Positions 12,745 through 23,594 of a stretch of 64,000 nucleotides of DNA are shown here, piece after piece. The translations under genes and the position numbers were made by a program. The stretch's first letter is position 1. Each line of letters begins with the position of its first letter. Source of the stretch: Vicugna vicugna (lineage: Eukaryota); the NCBI GenBank assembly GCA_013265495.1, contig MU058636.1, forward strand, positions 5,553,741-5,617,740. The letters are read 5' to 3'. Below the pieces are notes generated by a model, which worked only from the letters and a program-made list of their open reading frames with translations, ran no database searches and had not been told where the DNA came from.

Positions 12745-13212
12745 AGGCACTTGCCTGGAGAATGCCTTGAGAATGTGCCTTGCAGACTTCCAACTACAGG
12801 GAGCTTAACTGACCTTGGGCCCCAGTTATTACACCTTAAATTCATTGCTTCTGTTGTGCGAAGGCCAGGCTTCCCATGGGCTGCTCCTAGCCAGTGACTG
12901 ATTGCAGCAGTCTTGCTAAGGCAGGCTGTTCCTGAGGACCACAGAACTCTTCCAGAAGGCCAGCTTTGGCTAAAGGACACCATAATGGTTTTGATGAACT
13001 TTCATTCTACTTTAGAAAGGTCACAGACACTTTCACTCAACCTCTCTTCTTTTTCCTCCTTCACTAGGAGTCAGATGTGCATCATAGTTGAATGGCACTC
13101 TCAGCCTTTCCCAGCCTCCTCCCCACTTTTCTTGTAGGCATTTTCTTCCATAAAATCCTTGAAAGTTTAATTTCACCTTGATGTCAATGTCTTGGAGAAC
13201 CTTAGCATATAC
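12745..13212 (+). mobile_element. ERVL LTR, LTR41/LTR40-like
   Basis: gctgctcctagccagtgactga..., ends ataaaatccttgaaagtttaat...cttggagaaccttagcatataca. Confidence 0.6.
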
Positions 13213-13269
13213 AAAGTCCAATATCTGATCATCTTTTACAGCAATCAAGGTCCACTGATGGCTCTTATG

Positions 13270-13490
13270 TGCTTATATTTATCACTATTAAATTTCATCT
13301 TATTGGTCCCTAGCCCATTGTTCCAACACATCAGGATATTTGTGAATCACAGTTGCAACATCTTTTATATCTATTATCTTTTCCACCATTGTGACATCCA
13401 AAAATTGGTGAGTAGTTACATGTCTCCTTCAAGTTGTGAATAAAAATACTAGACTGGAACAGCCAAATGACAGAACATTTTGGTCATGCA
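13270..13490 (-). mobile_element. CR1/L3 LINE remnant
   Basis: caagttgtgaataaaaatactagactggaacagccaaatgacagaac resembles the reversed CR1 RT segment. Confidence 0.4.
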
Positions 13491-13942
13491 ATCAAAACCT
13501 ATAACAGGCCTGACAGTACAAGAAAGAAGTCCATCTTTTCACAAACTGAAACAACATTAATTAGAGAATTATAAGAACAGTAAATTATATGTAGCTAGAA
13601 GGTGGATAGTATTCTTATAATTGAATTGCTCATCTCCTCCTACAACATTTGGTACACAGAAGGTGTTTATAATCGCTGCTACCAAGACAGCAATGACACC
13701 AGAAAAGTGTAGAAAATAATATTTGAAACAAATGATCTTTTGTAGTTTGCTTTAGAAACAAGCTGTTTCTAAATATTAGGGAGGGGGCATACCATAAAAA
13801 TTTCAATTCTTAAAAACCAATAGCTACCTACTAAATAAAATAACTTTTAAAATCAATACAATTGAATTCTCTTAAATAAGGTTTTGGTGGTTTGCTTCAC
13901 TGTGTATTGTAATAGTTCCAAAAAAAAAAAACAAACACTTAG

Positions 13943-14055
13943 GGCAAAGGTGGGTATAGCTTGGTGGTAGAGTGAGTGCTTAGCATGCAAGAGGTTCTGG
14001 GTTCAATCCCCAGGATCTCCATTAAAAACAAAACAAAACAAAAAGACAAAATAAA
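13943..14055 (+). mobile_element. tRNA-Ala-derived SINE, camelid Vic-1 type (more diverged copy)
   Basis: gggtatagcttggtggtagag...cttagcatgcaagaggttctgggttcaatccccaggatctcca + (aaaac)n tail; TSD aaacacttag (13933-13942) / aaccacttag (14056-14065). Confidence 0.9.
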
Positions 14056-14319
14056 AACCACTTAGTCTTAATTCTTTTGTAATAATGGCAAATTTTGTTT
14101 GGTTTAGACAGGAATAATTGTGTGGGAGTTATGGGTTTTCTAAACTAATTAAGGATACCTTGGTCAAAGGCCAAGGAAATGCCTGACAAGTAGGCAAGAG
14201 AATAAACTATTCTAAAAATTCCTTTTTTATCATAGACATTCACATTCACATTAGAAAGAATTTTTATACTACATATTTAAGATGATTCCTCTTTCATTAG
14301 CTTATAGATTTCATAGGAT

Positions 14320-14460
14320 TTTTTAAACAACTTTATTGTGATATGATTCCTGTAAACTATACATATTTCAAATGTACAGTTTGATTAATTTTGATAGGTG
14401 TATACACCAATGAAACCACTACCACAATGAAGACAGCTAATATTTCCATCACTCCCCAAG
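14320..14460 (-). mobile_element. LINE-1 3'-terminal fragment
   Basis: caactttattgtgatatgatt...aaatgtacagtttga...aatatttccatcactcccc. Confidence 0.75.
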
Positions 14461-15308
14461 AGATGCGATTTTCAAATTCCTCATGGCATTTTTTTGAAAA
14501 GAAATGCAATATGCCAGAAATAACCATTTTGTGATAAATTTTGTCATTAATTGGAGGCTGACCCTAGACATGATTTCAGGTGTGCACCCCAACATGACAC
14601 CAATATAGAGCACTATCATTGTGTAATAGTCATCTTGCTGGAGGTCACTGTTCCTCAACAAAGCTGTGATCCAATTGGGTATCAAATTATAGGATGTAGC
14701 CTGTTATCTCCTCCTCTACACTTCCAGAATTCATGAACATTTCATAAGGGGAAACAAAGCACCCATTAATTTCCATTTGCTATATGGATAAGAAAATCAT
14801 ACCAGCTCAGTGGTTCAATGTTCTATGTAAATTCTGGTTAAAACTTCTCTCCCTTGGATTCTTCTATTACTGTGAGTGTGATTAATAAGAACGTTCTATT
14901 ACATGTTTCTCTTCAGATCTCTAGAGTCTTAGGCAAATTTTCATCTTTAATTAGTGTAATAGTTGGTGCTACTGATGAGCAGTAGAATGCAGAAGAGACT
15001 GGTAACCGCTGATTTTTCATAGATGAAACAGATAATAATGAGATACATTATTCCTGGATAGAGGGGGAAATGTCTCAATAGCTTCTGGAACACAGATGAA
15101 GAAACTACACAAAAGCAGTACAAAAGACATCTTGATACGCAGCAGATTCAAAGAGGACAAAAAAGGAACTGGACATCTGCTGACATAACTCTTTTCTCAA
15201 CTGTATTATTTCCTTTTAAATTCTTCTTTTTTAAGGCAGAAGTCCAAAGAAGATGTGTTTTCCTGCAAAAAAGGATGATCAAAGTAAAATGCTCTCTGTT
15301 ATTCAATT

Positions 15309-15342
<34 letters not shown>
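15309..15342. repeat. (GA)n microsatellite, one interruption
   Basis: Directly visible. Confidence 0.95.
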
Positions 15343-15754
15343 AGCTGACTGGCTGACTAATGGAAGAAATCAAGAGCCCGAAGCAGAATGGTACAATGTT
15401 CTTACACAGGAATGAGTATTTCTGAGGTTTAGAATACAGGGGTGGTGACTTGGACTAGGTAGTGATCCAGAGAGAGAATCTCAGATATGTCCCTCCAGCT
15501 ACCTAAAGGCATGACTAAGAACAAGTCACTCTAAACAATAAAGTAAGATCCAGGGCTAAGAAAACACCAAATGTGGGCACTGAGCTAGAACTGAACATTT
15601 TGTGAAATGACAAGGTATGTGTTTCCCTCTCATGACACAGAACTGTTAGAAGGAAATGTCGCATCCTCCCGAGAGGCGGGGGAGGGAGGTGCTGGAATCA
15701 CTTCTGGGGCTTTTTCAAGCTACTTTTGCCTCAAAGGAATTCTGACAACCCCCA

Positions 15755-15755
<1 letters not shown>

Positions 15756-15799
<44 letters not shown>
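15756..15799. repeat. (CA)22 microsatellite
   Basis: Directly visible perfect run. Confidence 0.97.
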
Positions 15800-15800
<1 letters not shown>

Positions 15801-16557
15801 CACACAATCCTACCTCCTCCACTGTTACTGATCAGTGGGTTATCATATCCCTTGGGTGGGGTGGGGCAGAAAGTAGGCTACGACCCACCGCCTCAGGGAG
15901 CTTATTTCCCTCCATGCTTCATGGGACCATTCATGTCGCCGGAAGGGCTCCCAGCTCTGCGGGGAGGAGAGCGGACTGTGAGTGTGCAGAAGATGACATC
16001 ACTTTCTCACCAATACTTCCCACACTTCCACATACACGGGTGCTCATGCACACCAAGGGTCTGCCTGAAGGAAAAGGCAAAGGTTCATTGTGGTCATACT
16101 GCTCAGAACACACCCTGAGAACTCCAAGAGAGACGCACAGGGCAGGGAAGACATGATATCTGCTCTAGGAACTGCAGAGGGCTCTATAATTCCACAATCT
16201 GGCACTTATCTAAATAGGACCCTCCTTATAATGCTTTTGCTAGCAGAATAAACTGAATCTAACTCAATGGATTTAGAAAATTAATATAAGTATTGTTAAG
16301 TGATGTGACAGCCTTCCAGTCCCATAGTTTTATGTGCATTACAAACAGTTTTGAATGAATGATAAACACAAAGATGTGGGCATAGCTTTCCTCAGCTCAG
16401 CTGAAAACAGTAGACAAAGATTCAAAATAACTTCTAATTTCTATATCATTGTGGTTGTGCCTCCTCTTATTACCTCAAATATCCTGATCACAAACTCTAT
16501 ATGGAAGGATTCGGAGACAAATTTTCTTCCAAATCTTCCATGTTATCTGACTCAGAA

Positions 16558-16825
16558 AATAATAATAATAGCTAACATATACTGAGCACTGCTATATGCA
16601 GGGGAGTGTGCTTATTAATTTTTGTACACCTTGTTTAAGGCTCCTAAAAGTCCTACAAAATGAGAATTACTATTATCTCCTTTTATACCAATGAGACAAC
16701 TGAGCTTCAGGCAGGTTGGATCACTTTTCCATCTGGTATGTGGCATGAAGATCACAGAACTGGTAGTGGGGAGAACCCAAATTGATCTAACGACAAAATC
16801 CACATTCTTCCCTACAACTCTATAT
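16558..16825 (-). mobile_element. MIR SINE
   Basis: aataatagctaacatatactgagcact...attatctccttttatacc aatgagacaactgagcttcag. Confidence 0.75.
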
Positions 16826-17028
16826 TGCTTTGTTTACCAATACATACATGAACAGATTACAAATGCGATTTAAGGCTAACAAAGACTTTCTGTGGCTGTG
16901 ATTTAATACATATGTACACACATTGACAAGTATTAAGAAAAGTATTTTGCTTAAAACCACTATTGTTTTAGATATTATGCATAGTTTTCTAATTAGGCAG
17001 CCTAAATCCAGAAAGAGTTTTCAAAATA

Positions 17029-17655
17029 TAGTCCGTTCTCATTATTCCTGGTAGATATGTCCTCTCAAGTAGCTCTGAACGCTGACTCGGTGCACACGGA
17101 GCCATTGCTCCAGACGGAAGTACAGGGTTAGGTTCCTGCGAGTCTCTGGTCACAGCATGTCTGTCAATCAATCCATATATAATCTTTTTTGGTGTGTTTT
17201 TCTGTTCAAAGATAATAGACTATTTAGGCTACGTTGAAGATTAATAACTCAAACTCATGGCCAACAGCACTACAGCTCATGCCTGAACGTCTCTTTCTGA
17301 CACACCAATTTTCTCCGTAAGGCATGACGCAGCATTCTTATACTTAGGAACACTAGACAACTCTTCAGCACTATACCTGGGGGCCACTCTAAGCAGCAAA
17401 ATCAGAGATTCAAACACAAAAATGTGAGAAGTCTGACACTAAATACAGAGAACAACCTTTACTTAACACTATGAGCTGAAACAGGAAGTAGAAAATGGAC
17501 TTACTCAGCCTCAGCTGGGGACACATACCACTGCTCAGTGCGTGCCTATGAATGATTGAGAAAGCGCCTGGGCTATTGCCTTTGGGGTTACAAATAAGTT
17601 GTGAGGAGGAAGTGAATTCACTAATGTCGAATCTGTGAATATTGAGGATCAAGTG
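17029..17655 (-). mobile_element. MER82 (TcMar-Tigger) DNA transposon, near full length
   Basis: Matches recalled MER82 consensus along its length (cttaggaacactagaca...cttcagcacta; tttggggttacaaataa); terminal inverted repeats tagtccgttctcattatt / aatattgaggatcaagtg. Confidence 0.85.
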
Positions 17656-18674
17656 ATTATATTCAGAATATAGGTTCCCACTGTAGTTTTAGCCAGTTTA
17701 AATCATTTTCCAACCATATGCACATGAAATAATTTCTTACCTCTGGTTACAGAGGCTAAAAGCACTCAATCTTTGAATCTGTGTTTTGCTAACTCAGATG
17801 TGTAGTTGGGTATTTCCACTGCGCAGGCCTCCTTCAAGTCAGCTGGGAAGGCCTGTTACTGCACTCCTTTCCTATCTAGGACACGTTCATGTTCTTTATG
17901 TCCCCATGACAGGAAAATCCAAGAGTTCCGCCCTGCAGTCAGTGGCTAAATGCAACTGTGAAAACAGGACCCCAACAGAAGTGGGTCACATGCACAGTAC
18001 CGCCTAGGCTTCTTGCACTTCTGCTTTGTTTTTATTTTGTCCTTTCTTCCTATTGTGAGAGCATTTTTCTGAGCAATAATGGGCAGAAACAGCTTAATCA
18101 TAACTGTGAAAAATGAGATTTAGAAGTGCCATTTTAGATGGAGATGATGCTTTTTGTCGTGGCAGGTACTGTTAAAAGCATGCAGACAACATGTACCCCT
18201 GGAGGGTCTTTAGCATCTTTATGTCTGAACTTAAATGAGCCTTGTTATTTTCCCCATTAAGGCTCAACTCACAGCCAGTTGCTACTTAGGAGAGCTTGGG
18301 CCTGGAGCCTGGTATGCCGCCTCAATTGCCTGATGGCAGGTGGAAGTTCTTACACAGCAAAGTCACAGGAGAAAATCTACTATTAGGAAATTGTCAAAGT
18401 GACAATAATGTAAATGCTCCTTAATCTTACCCCATTCTCACAGAATCTGGGTTTAAGAGTAATCTCTATAATGTACTGTAACCCATTAATTTATATTTAC
18501 TATTCCCAAAGTGAAATGAAATCCAACCTTAACAATGGGAATTCTCACTAGATGTCCCTTTCTGTTGTTTCCCAGGTACACACTCAGAGAGCAGAGATTC
18601 TGTATGCATTGCCTGGTACCTAGTTCCCGGATGTTAGTGGCATAGAGGTAAATCTGTGTTAACTGCATTATTAT

Positions 18675-19138
18675 TTTTTGTTTTTATTTAAAATTTTTAA
18701 TTGTGGTGGATTGTATATAACATAAAATTTATCATCTTAACCATTTCTAAGCATACAGTCCAGTACTGTTATCACTGTGCAACCAATCTCCAGAAATTTT
18801 TCATCTTGCAAAACACCATATCCATTTTAAACAATTCCCCCTTTGCAGACTCCCCACCAGCCCCTGGAAACCACCACATTCTATTTTCTGTTCCTATGAA
18901 TTTAACTACTCAGATTCTATGAATCTGACTATTCATTTCTATGAATATGACTACCTCATATGAGTGAAATCATTCAGTATTTGTCTTTTTGTGTCTGGCT
19001 TATTTCACTTAATGTTCTCAAGGTTCATCCATGTTGTGGCATGTGCCACAATTTCCATTGTTTTTAAGGCTGAATGTATATACCAGTACATTTTGTTTTT
19101 CTGTTCATCTATGAAGGACACTTGGGTTACTTCCACCT
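18675..19138 (-). mobile_element. LINE-1 3' end (L1MB-like)
   Basis: aacataaaatttatcatcttaaccattt...tctggcttatttcactta...ggacacttgggttacttccacct. Confidence 0.85.
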
Positions 19139-19264
19139 ACTCCTTTATTTTAAAGCAGCTAAAATCTAGTGAAACAAAGGAGACAACATGTCCCCTTGAA
19201 ACGAAGTTGATCTTTATGCTCTCTTTAAACTTAGGAATTAAGCCCATTTCCTGGAGCTGGATGA

Positions 19265-19730
19265 GCTGACCATGGCTTATGTGGTCCCAGTCAGTTTTAT
19301 CTCTCTCCTCATCCCCTACCTCACTCACTCCTCTCTGGCTGTTTTTGCTCTTTGTCTCACAGGCCAATCTTACTCTCACCTCCAGACCTTTTCCAGTGTT
19401 GTTCCCTCTGCTTGGAATGTTTCCTCTCCTCCAATTTCTGGATAGCTCTCTCCTTTCCTTCAAATCTCTGTTCAAATGTCACCTTATCCAGGAGACTTTC
19501 TCTGACCATCCTCTACCAGTAACAACCAGTCCCACACTCCCTGTCTCTCTTTTGCTTGATGTTTCCTTAATAGCCATCACCCTAACTCATATATTGTCTT
19601 GTTTTTATCACCTATTTTTCCCACTAGCAAGTTCTGTGAGCTTAGAGCTTTGTTTTATTCACCACTGTATCCCCAGTACTTAGACATGTGTCTGGCAAAT
19701 AAGAGGCCCTCAAAAACACTTTACTTACTC
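19265..19730 (+). mobile_element. L2a 3' end
   Basis: tgttccctctgcttggaatg...tcaaatgtcacct...ttcaccactgtatccccagtacttagac. Confidence 0.8.
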
Positions 19731-19734
19731 ATTT

Positions 19735-19970
19735 GGTATTATTTATGTATTTCTTAATAAGTATCAGGCATTGTTCCAAGCACTATACAAATGTTAGCTC
19801 ATTTCATCCTTACAGCCATCCTAAGAGGCAGGTATTATAATTGTCCATATTTTACAGACAAAGAAACTGAGGGCATAGAGATATCAAGTAACTTATTCAA
19901 GGTCACCCAGCTGGTATACGATGGAGCCACATTACAAATTCAAACAGCGTGGCTTTTAACCACAGTTCTA
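19735..19970 (-). mobile_element. MIR SINE
   Basis: ttttacagacaaagaaactgagggcatagag...aagtaacttattcaaggtcacccagct. Confidence 0.8.
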
Positions 19971-21957
19971 TGAGTGAAGGAATAAATAAAGGGACCTTTA
20001 AATTACAAAACAAGAGGTAAGAGGTTTCAGATTTTCACCTTTCCATTCTATCATGTTCTTGCTGGGTGACAAATTGTACTGTGAATTATAGATTCTACAG
20101 GGCAGAGGATGGAACAGATAACTTGCTCAACTGCCTTTTCCTTTCTGCTGGCAGAAAAAAGCCCTGGCACATGAAGCTGTATTTCTCTCCATCCTGGGAA
20201 CTGTGTTCAGGGCTTCGTTATGGGCAGTTGAAGTTAGCATAGTGCCCGCCTGACTAAACGACAGTCTAATTCGTTTCAGAACCTGGCAGGTCAGGACATA
20301 CTAACATCCTTCTGGGAAAAAGATTTAGTCACTAATATTCACCAGTCTTAACTGGAAGTACAAATACCTTACTGAGAAAGGAAGACACTCTAGAATTTCA
20401 GCTTCCTTTTATGCTATATACAGATATCAACGTTTAGAGCTATGTTTTTTCCAGCATATTCTTACAGTTTAATTGCTCTCATTTTTCTCATTCAGTGTTC
20501 TCTTTCTTCTCTCGTCCCTGCTCTGTGTCCTTCACCATGTAGTGTATATATGATATAGGGTCTTGGAATTCCCCTAATGTGTCACTTCAGTTGAACTTGG
20601 AAAACTCCGAGGTGATTACTAATTTATTGCTGTCTTCTGCTAAGTGCTTAATGCAAGCTTAATAAAAATCAATAGTTGTGTGTGCCTTACCATTGTAGGA
20701 ATATGCTTGTGATGTATGATTACGTTAGGCAGTTGTCAGGTGATTTATTAAAAACTCATCTAAGATAATCTACCACCTCCATTTTATTGGTGTCATGGAT
20801 GATGTTAATGGCTGTATAAGTGGAAGTAGAAGCAGGGAGCAGATGGAGAAGAGCAGAAACTATACACCCTCTTCTTCAAAAGGCACTTTGTGAGCAAAGA
20901 GGCTAATAATGAAGAATAAGGACATCTTGCTTGAACTGAATAACACCCCAGAGAATTAGAGTTAGGAGGCTAAATGCATTTCCAACCAAAAGGCCAAGGT
21001 TGTAAACTTACACATCGGGCTTTACCTCCTACCGGAAGAAAACTCACTTGTTTCTGACAACAAAGGGGGACTGGTCATTGACCTCACCATCTGCAGCACC
21101 ACCCAGAACGCTTGACCTCCTGCCCCTCTGTGTTGGAGGAGAGCCTTGCTCTATAAAAGAAGATCTCTGTGGAAGATGGATAAAACTATCCGTCTGCCCT
21201 AAGAGAGAACTAGACTCTTTCGATAAAATAATTCAACTTTCTACTTTCAACTGTCCTCACAAACAGTGTGGGTGAATGGAGTTACAAACTGCTCAGACCT
21301 CATTGCTTTCTAGATCCACACAGAACACCTCAGTCCTCCAGCTGAGAGACTCTGCAGCCTGTGCACAGCATGGGACCATGCAGGAGGTGGCATCTCCCAG
21401 CCCCGACTCGCATATCAGCAGGATATTCTGTTATGCTGAAGGAAGAATGTGGTTCATCTTCTTTACAACTTCCAGAAATCTGACATTTCTTCCTAGCCAG
21501 GCCTCCCCAACTCCAGCTGCTCTGAATACCAAAATTGCCTGGCAAACTTTTAGTGTTTGAGGAGGTTTTTAAAAGGAGAAGCTCTTTAATTTGCTACACT
21601 ACAACATCTGTGACTTCAGCTATTTCATGTAAATACCTCTGACTCGAAATATATGAATTGTTCAAAATGTTGGGACATAGAAATATTTATTATATCATTC
21701 ATCTGATTAGAAATAATTTACGTGAATAAACAACTGCAGCTTTTAATTTAAACTTAGAAAATTCTCAGAGTAAGCTCCTATCATTCTCCAGAACAGAAGG
21801 CATAAAGAAGACAGCTAGCAGGCTGAGACTGATCCACTCTAGCTCTTACGCCTTTTCCATCTCCTCTCTTACTTGTCAGAACTGGACTGATTCACTTCAG
21901 ACTCCATGCTTTCGAGATTTCACCTGATTGTTCACTCTCCATAGACAGCCCTTCGCC

Positions 21958-22007
21958 TCCCCGGGGAAAGCATTTCTGCTATGACATTCTGCTCGATCCT
22001 TATAAGG
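21958..22007. promoter_or_regulatory. Candidate enhancer core: EBF palindrome + M-CAT-like site + CArG box
   Basis: TCCCCGGGGA (21958-21967), ACATTCT (21984-21990), CCTTATAAGG (21998-22007) in unique sequence. Confidence 0.35.
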
Positions 22008-22639
22008 CCCAGGCATCCTGGAAAGCTGCTCCACTGGCACACAATTTAGCAGTGGTGAGGCCGATGTTTTGAAGAAACACAGGGGAGGTGGGAAGAGATG
22101 TCCCACTCAGAGATGAGCTAAGAGAGCTCTTGACTTCAGCAGGCATAGAAAGTGATGGGTTTCCTTGGGAAGAAAATTAAAAAAAATAAAGAAGGACTAT
22201 CTTTACGAGTGTCAGATGAAGAATCACCATTTTGATCATTCTCTATACTCTTTAAACCAGGAGGCAGCTGCAGCCTCATTGGTGCTTTGAAATTCCTTGT
22301 TTCAATTTTACATTTTGCATTGTTTTCAGTGACCTACAAAGCAGTTGGCAAATAGTTAAGGCCATTCCATGGGTCCTGGATTACCAAGGACACCACCTGT
22401 ATGGTCAGCTTCACTTCAGGCTCTCTTTAGGCTTCACTGGACAACAGATGACGCCATCAATCATTTGATTCTCAGAAAAATTTCGTCAGCCAATTGGTAA
22501 TAATCTGCATCCTGTTTGTAAGTACACAGTCTCCTCGGAGGACATCTGAGGACTCTGAGGATCTTCAGAAAAAATCTCCAGTGGGCAAGGTGCAGTGAGG
22601 ATAATCAAGGAGGCCAAGGATCAATAGATCCTTCTTTAC

Positions 22640-22840
22640 CTTCTGTTGGCCTTCTACTGGGTGAGTGGGCTTTACTAATGGATCCTGAATAAGTAACTTC
22701 ATCCCAAAGCTTAATTCTGAATCTCCACGTGCACACCCTCTTTCCTGTAGGATCATCCCTTGTGGCATGCACTGATTCACCCTGACTGTAAGTAGAGGTC
22801 GGGCGGAATCTGCACTAAGCCCAGTATGTAAGCACATCCT
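22640..22840 (-). other. Candidate 201-nt internal exon (phase 0-0, open frame)
   Basis: Acceptor tttctcctccctgcttttag, donor AAG|gtaaag, no stop in frame. Confidence 0.3.
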
Positions 22841-22861
22841 CTAAAAGCAGGGAGGAGAAAC

Positions 22862-23050
22862 TGAGCAAGAGTGCTTGGCTAGGACTCAAGAGGCAGGGAA
22901 ACCGGCTTCTTGCCTGGCTCTACCACCAACCACTCACTCATGATGACAGCTCTGAGCAAGTCACCCTGTCAAGATTTCAGTTTCCTCACTTACACAGTGA
23001 AAGGGTTGGACTAATTATCTGTAAACTTTTTTCCTGCTCTGGTATTCTCT
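22862..23050 (+). mobile_element. MIR3/MIRc SINE
   Basis: cctggctctaccacc...ctgagcaagtcac...tcagtttcctcac...aagggttggacta. Confidence 0.65.
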
Positions 23051-23594
23051 CAATCTAAATGATAATGATGACCAATGAAATTATTTTCCTGAGGCTTTCT
23101 GTCAATCATGTATGTGGATGTCTAAGAGGGAAATAGAGAAAGGCATATTAGCAGCTCTTGTTTTTTGACATTATTTTCTTAATTTCCTACAAATGCTTCA
23201 GTATCCTCTCTAAAAAAATTAGTAATTTTATTTACTATGATTAGAATTTCCAGTACATCATAAAATCCATAGGCAAACATTACACTAAGAATGTGCCAGT
23301 GTGAAAGCAAAATCACTAGTTTATTGGGTAAAAGAAATTATATGGCACTGTGTAAAATAAAGCAAACAAGCCTACAAGTTTGAGAAACAAAAATTAGTTT
23401 GTGATTTTCCTTCCAGTTTTATCCATTTATTTGGAATCTTATAGAAATAATACTGGAGTATTGCAATACAAATTGGAGTCATAATATTTAATATTTAAAA
23501 AAACACTATCTTACATTCTTTCTTAATAGATTAGACAGCCAATAAAGAAGGTGCATCTGGTCCCTCTTAACTATGAAGAGCTCTCTATATGCAA

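Noticed and set aside
15607..16156. ORFs with HTHTHT repeats (74-130 aa)
   Set aside because: Frames are held open by the (CA)22 microsatellite and local GC content; no protein family signal
21092..21112. REST/NRSE-like site tgcagcaccacccagaacgct
   Set aside because: Lacks the essential GG of the right half-site
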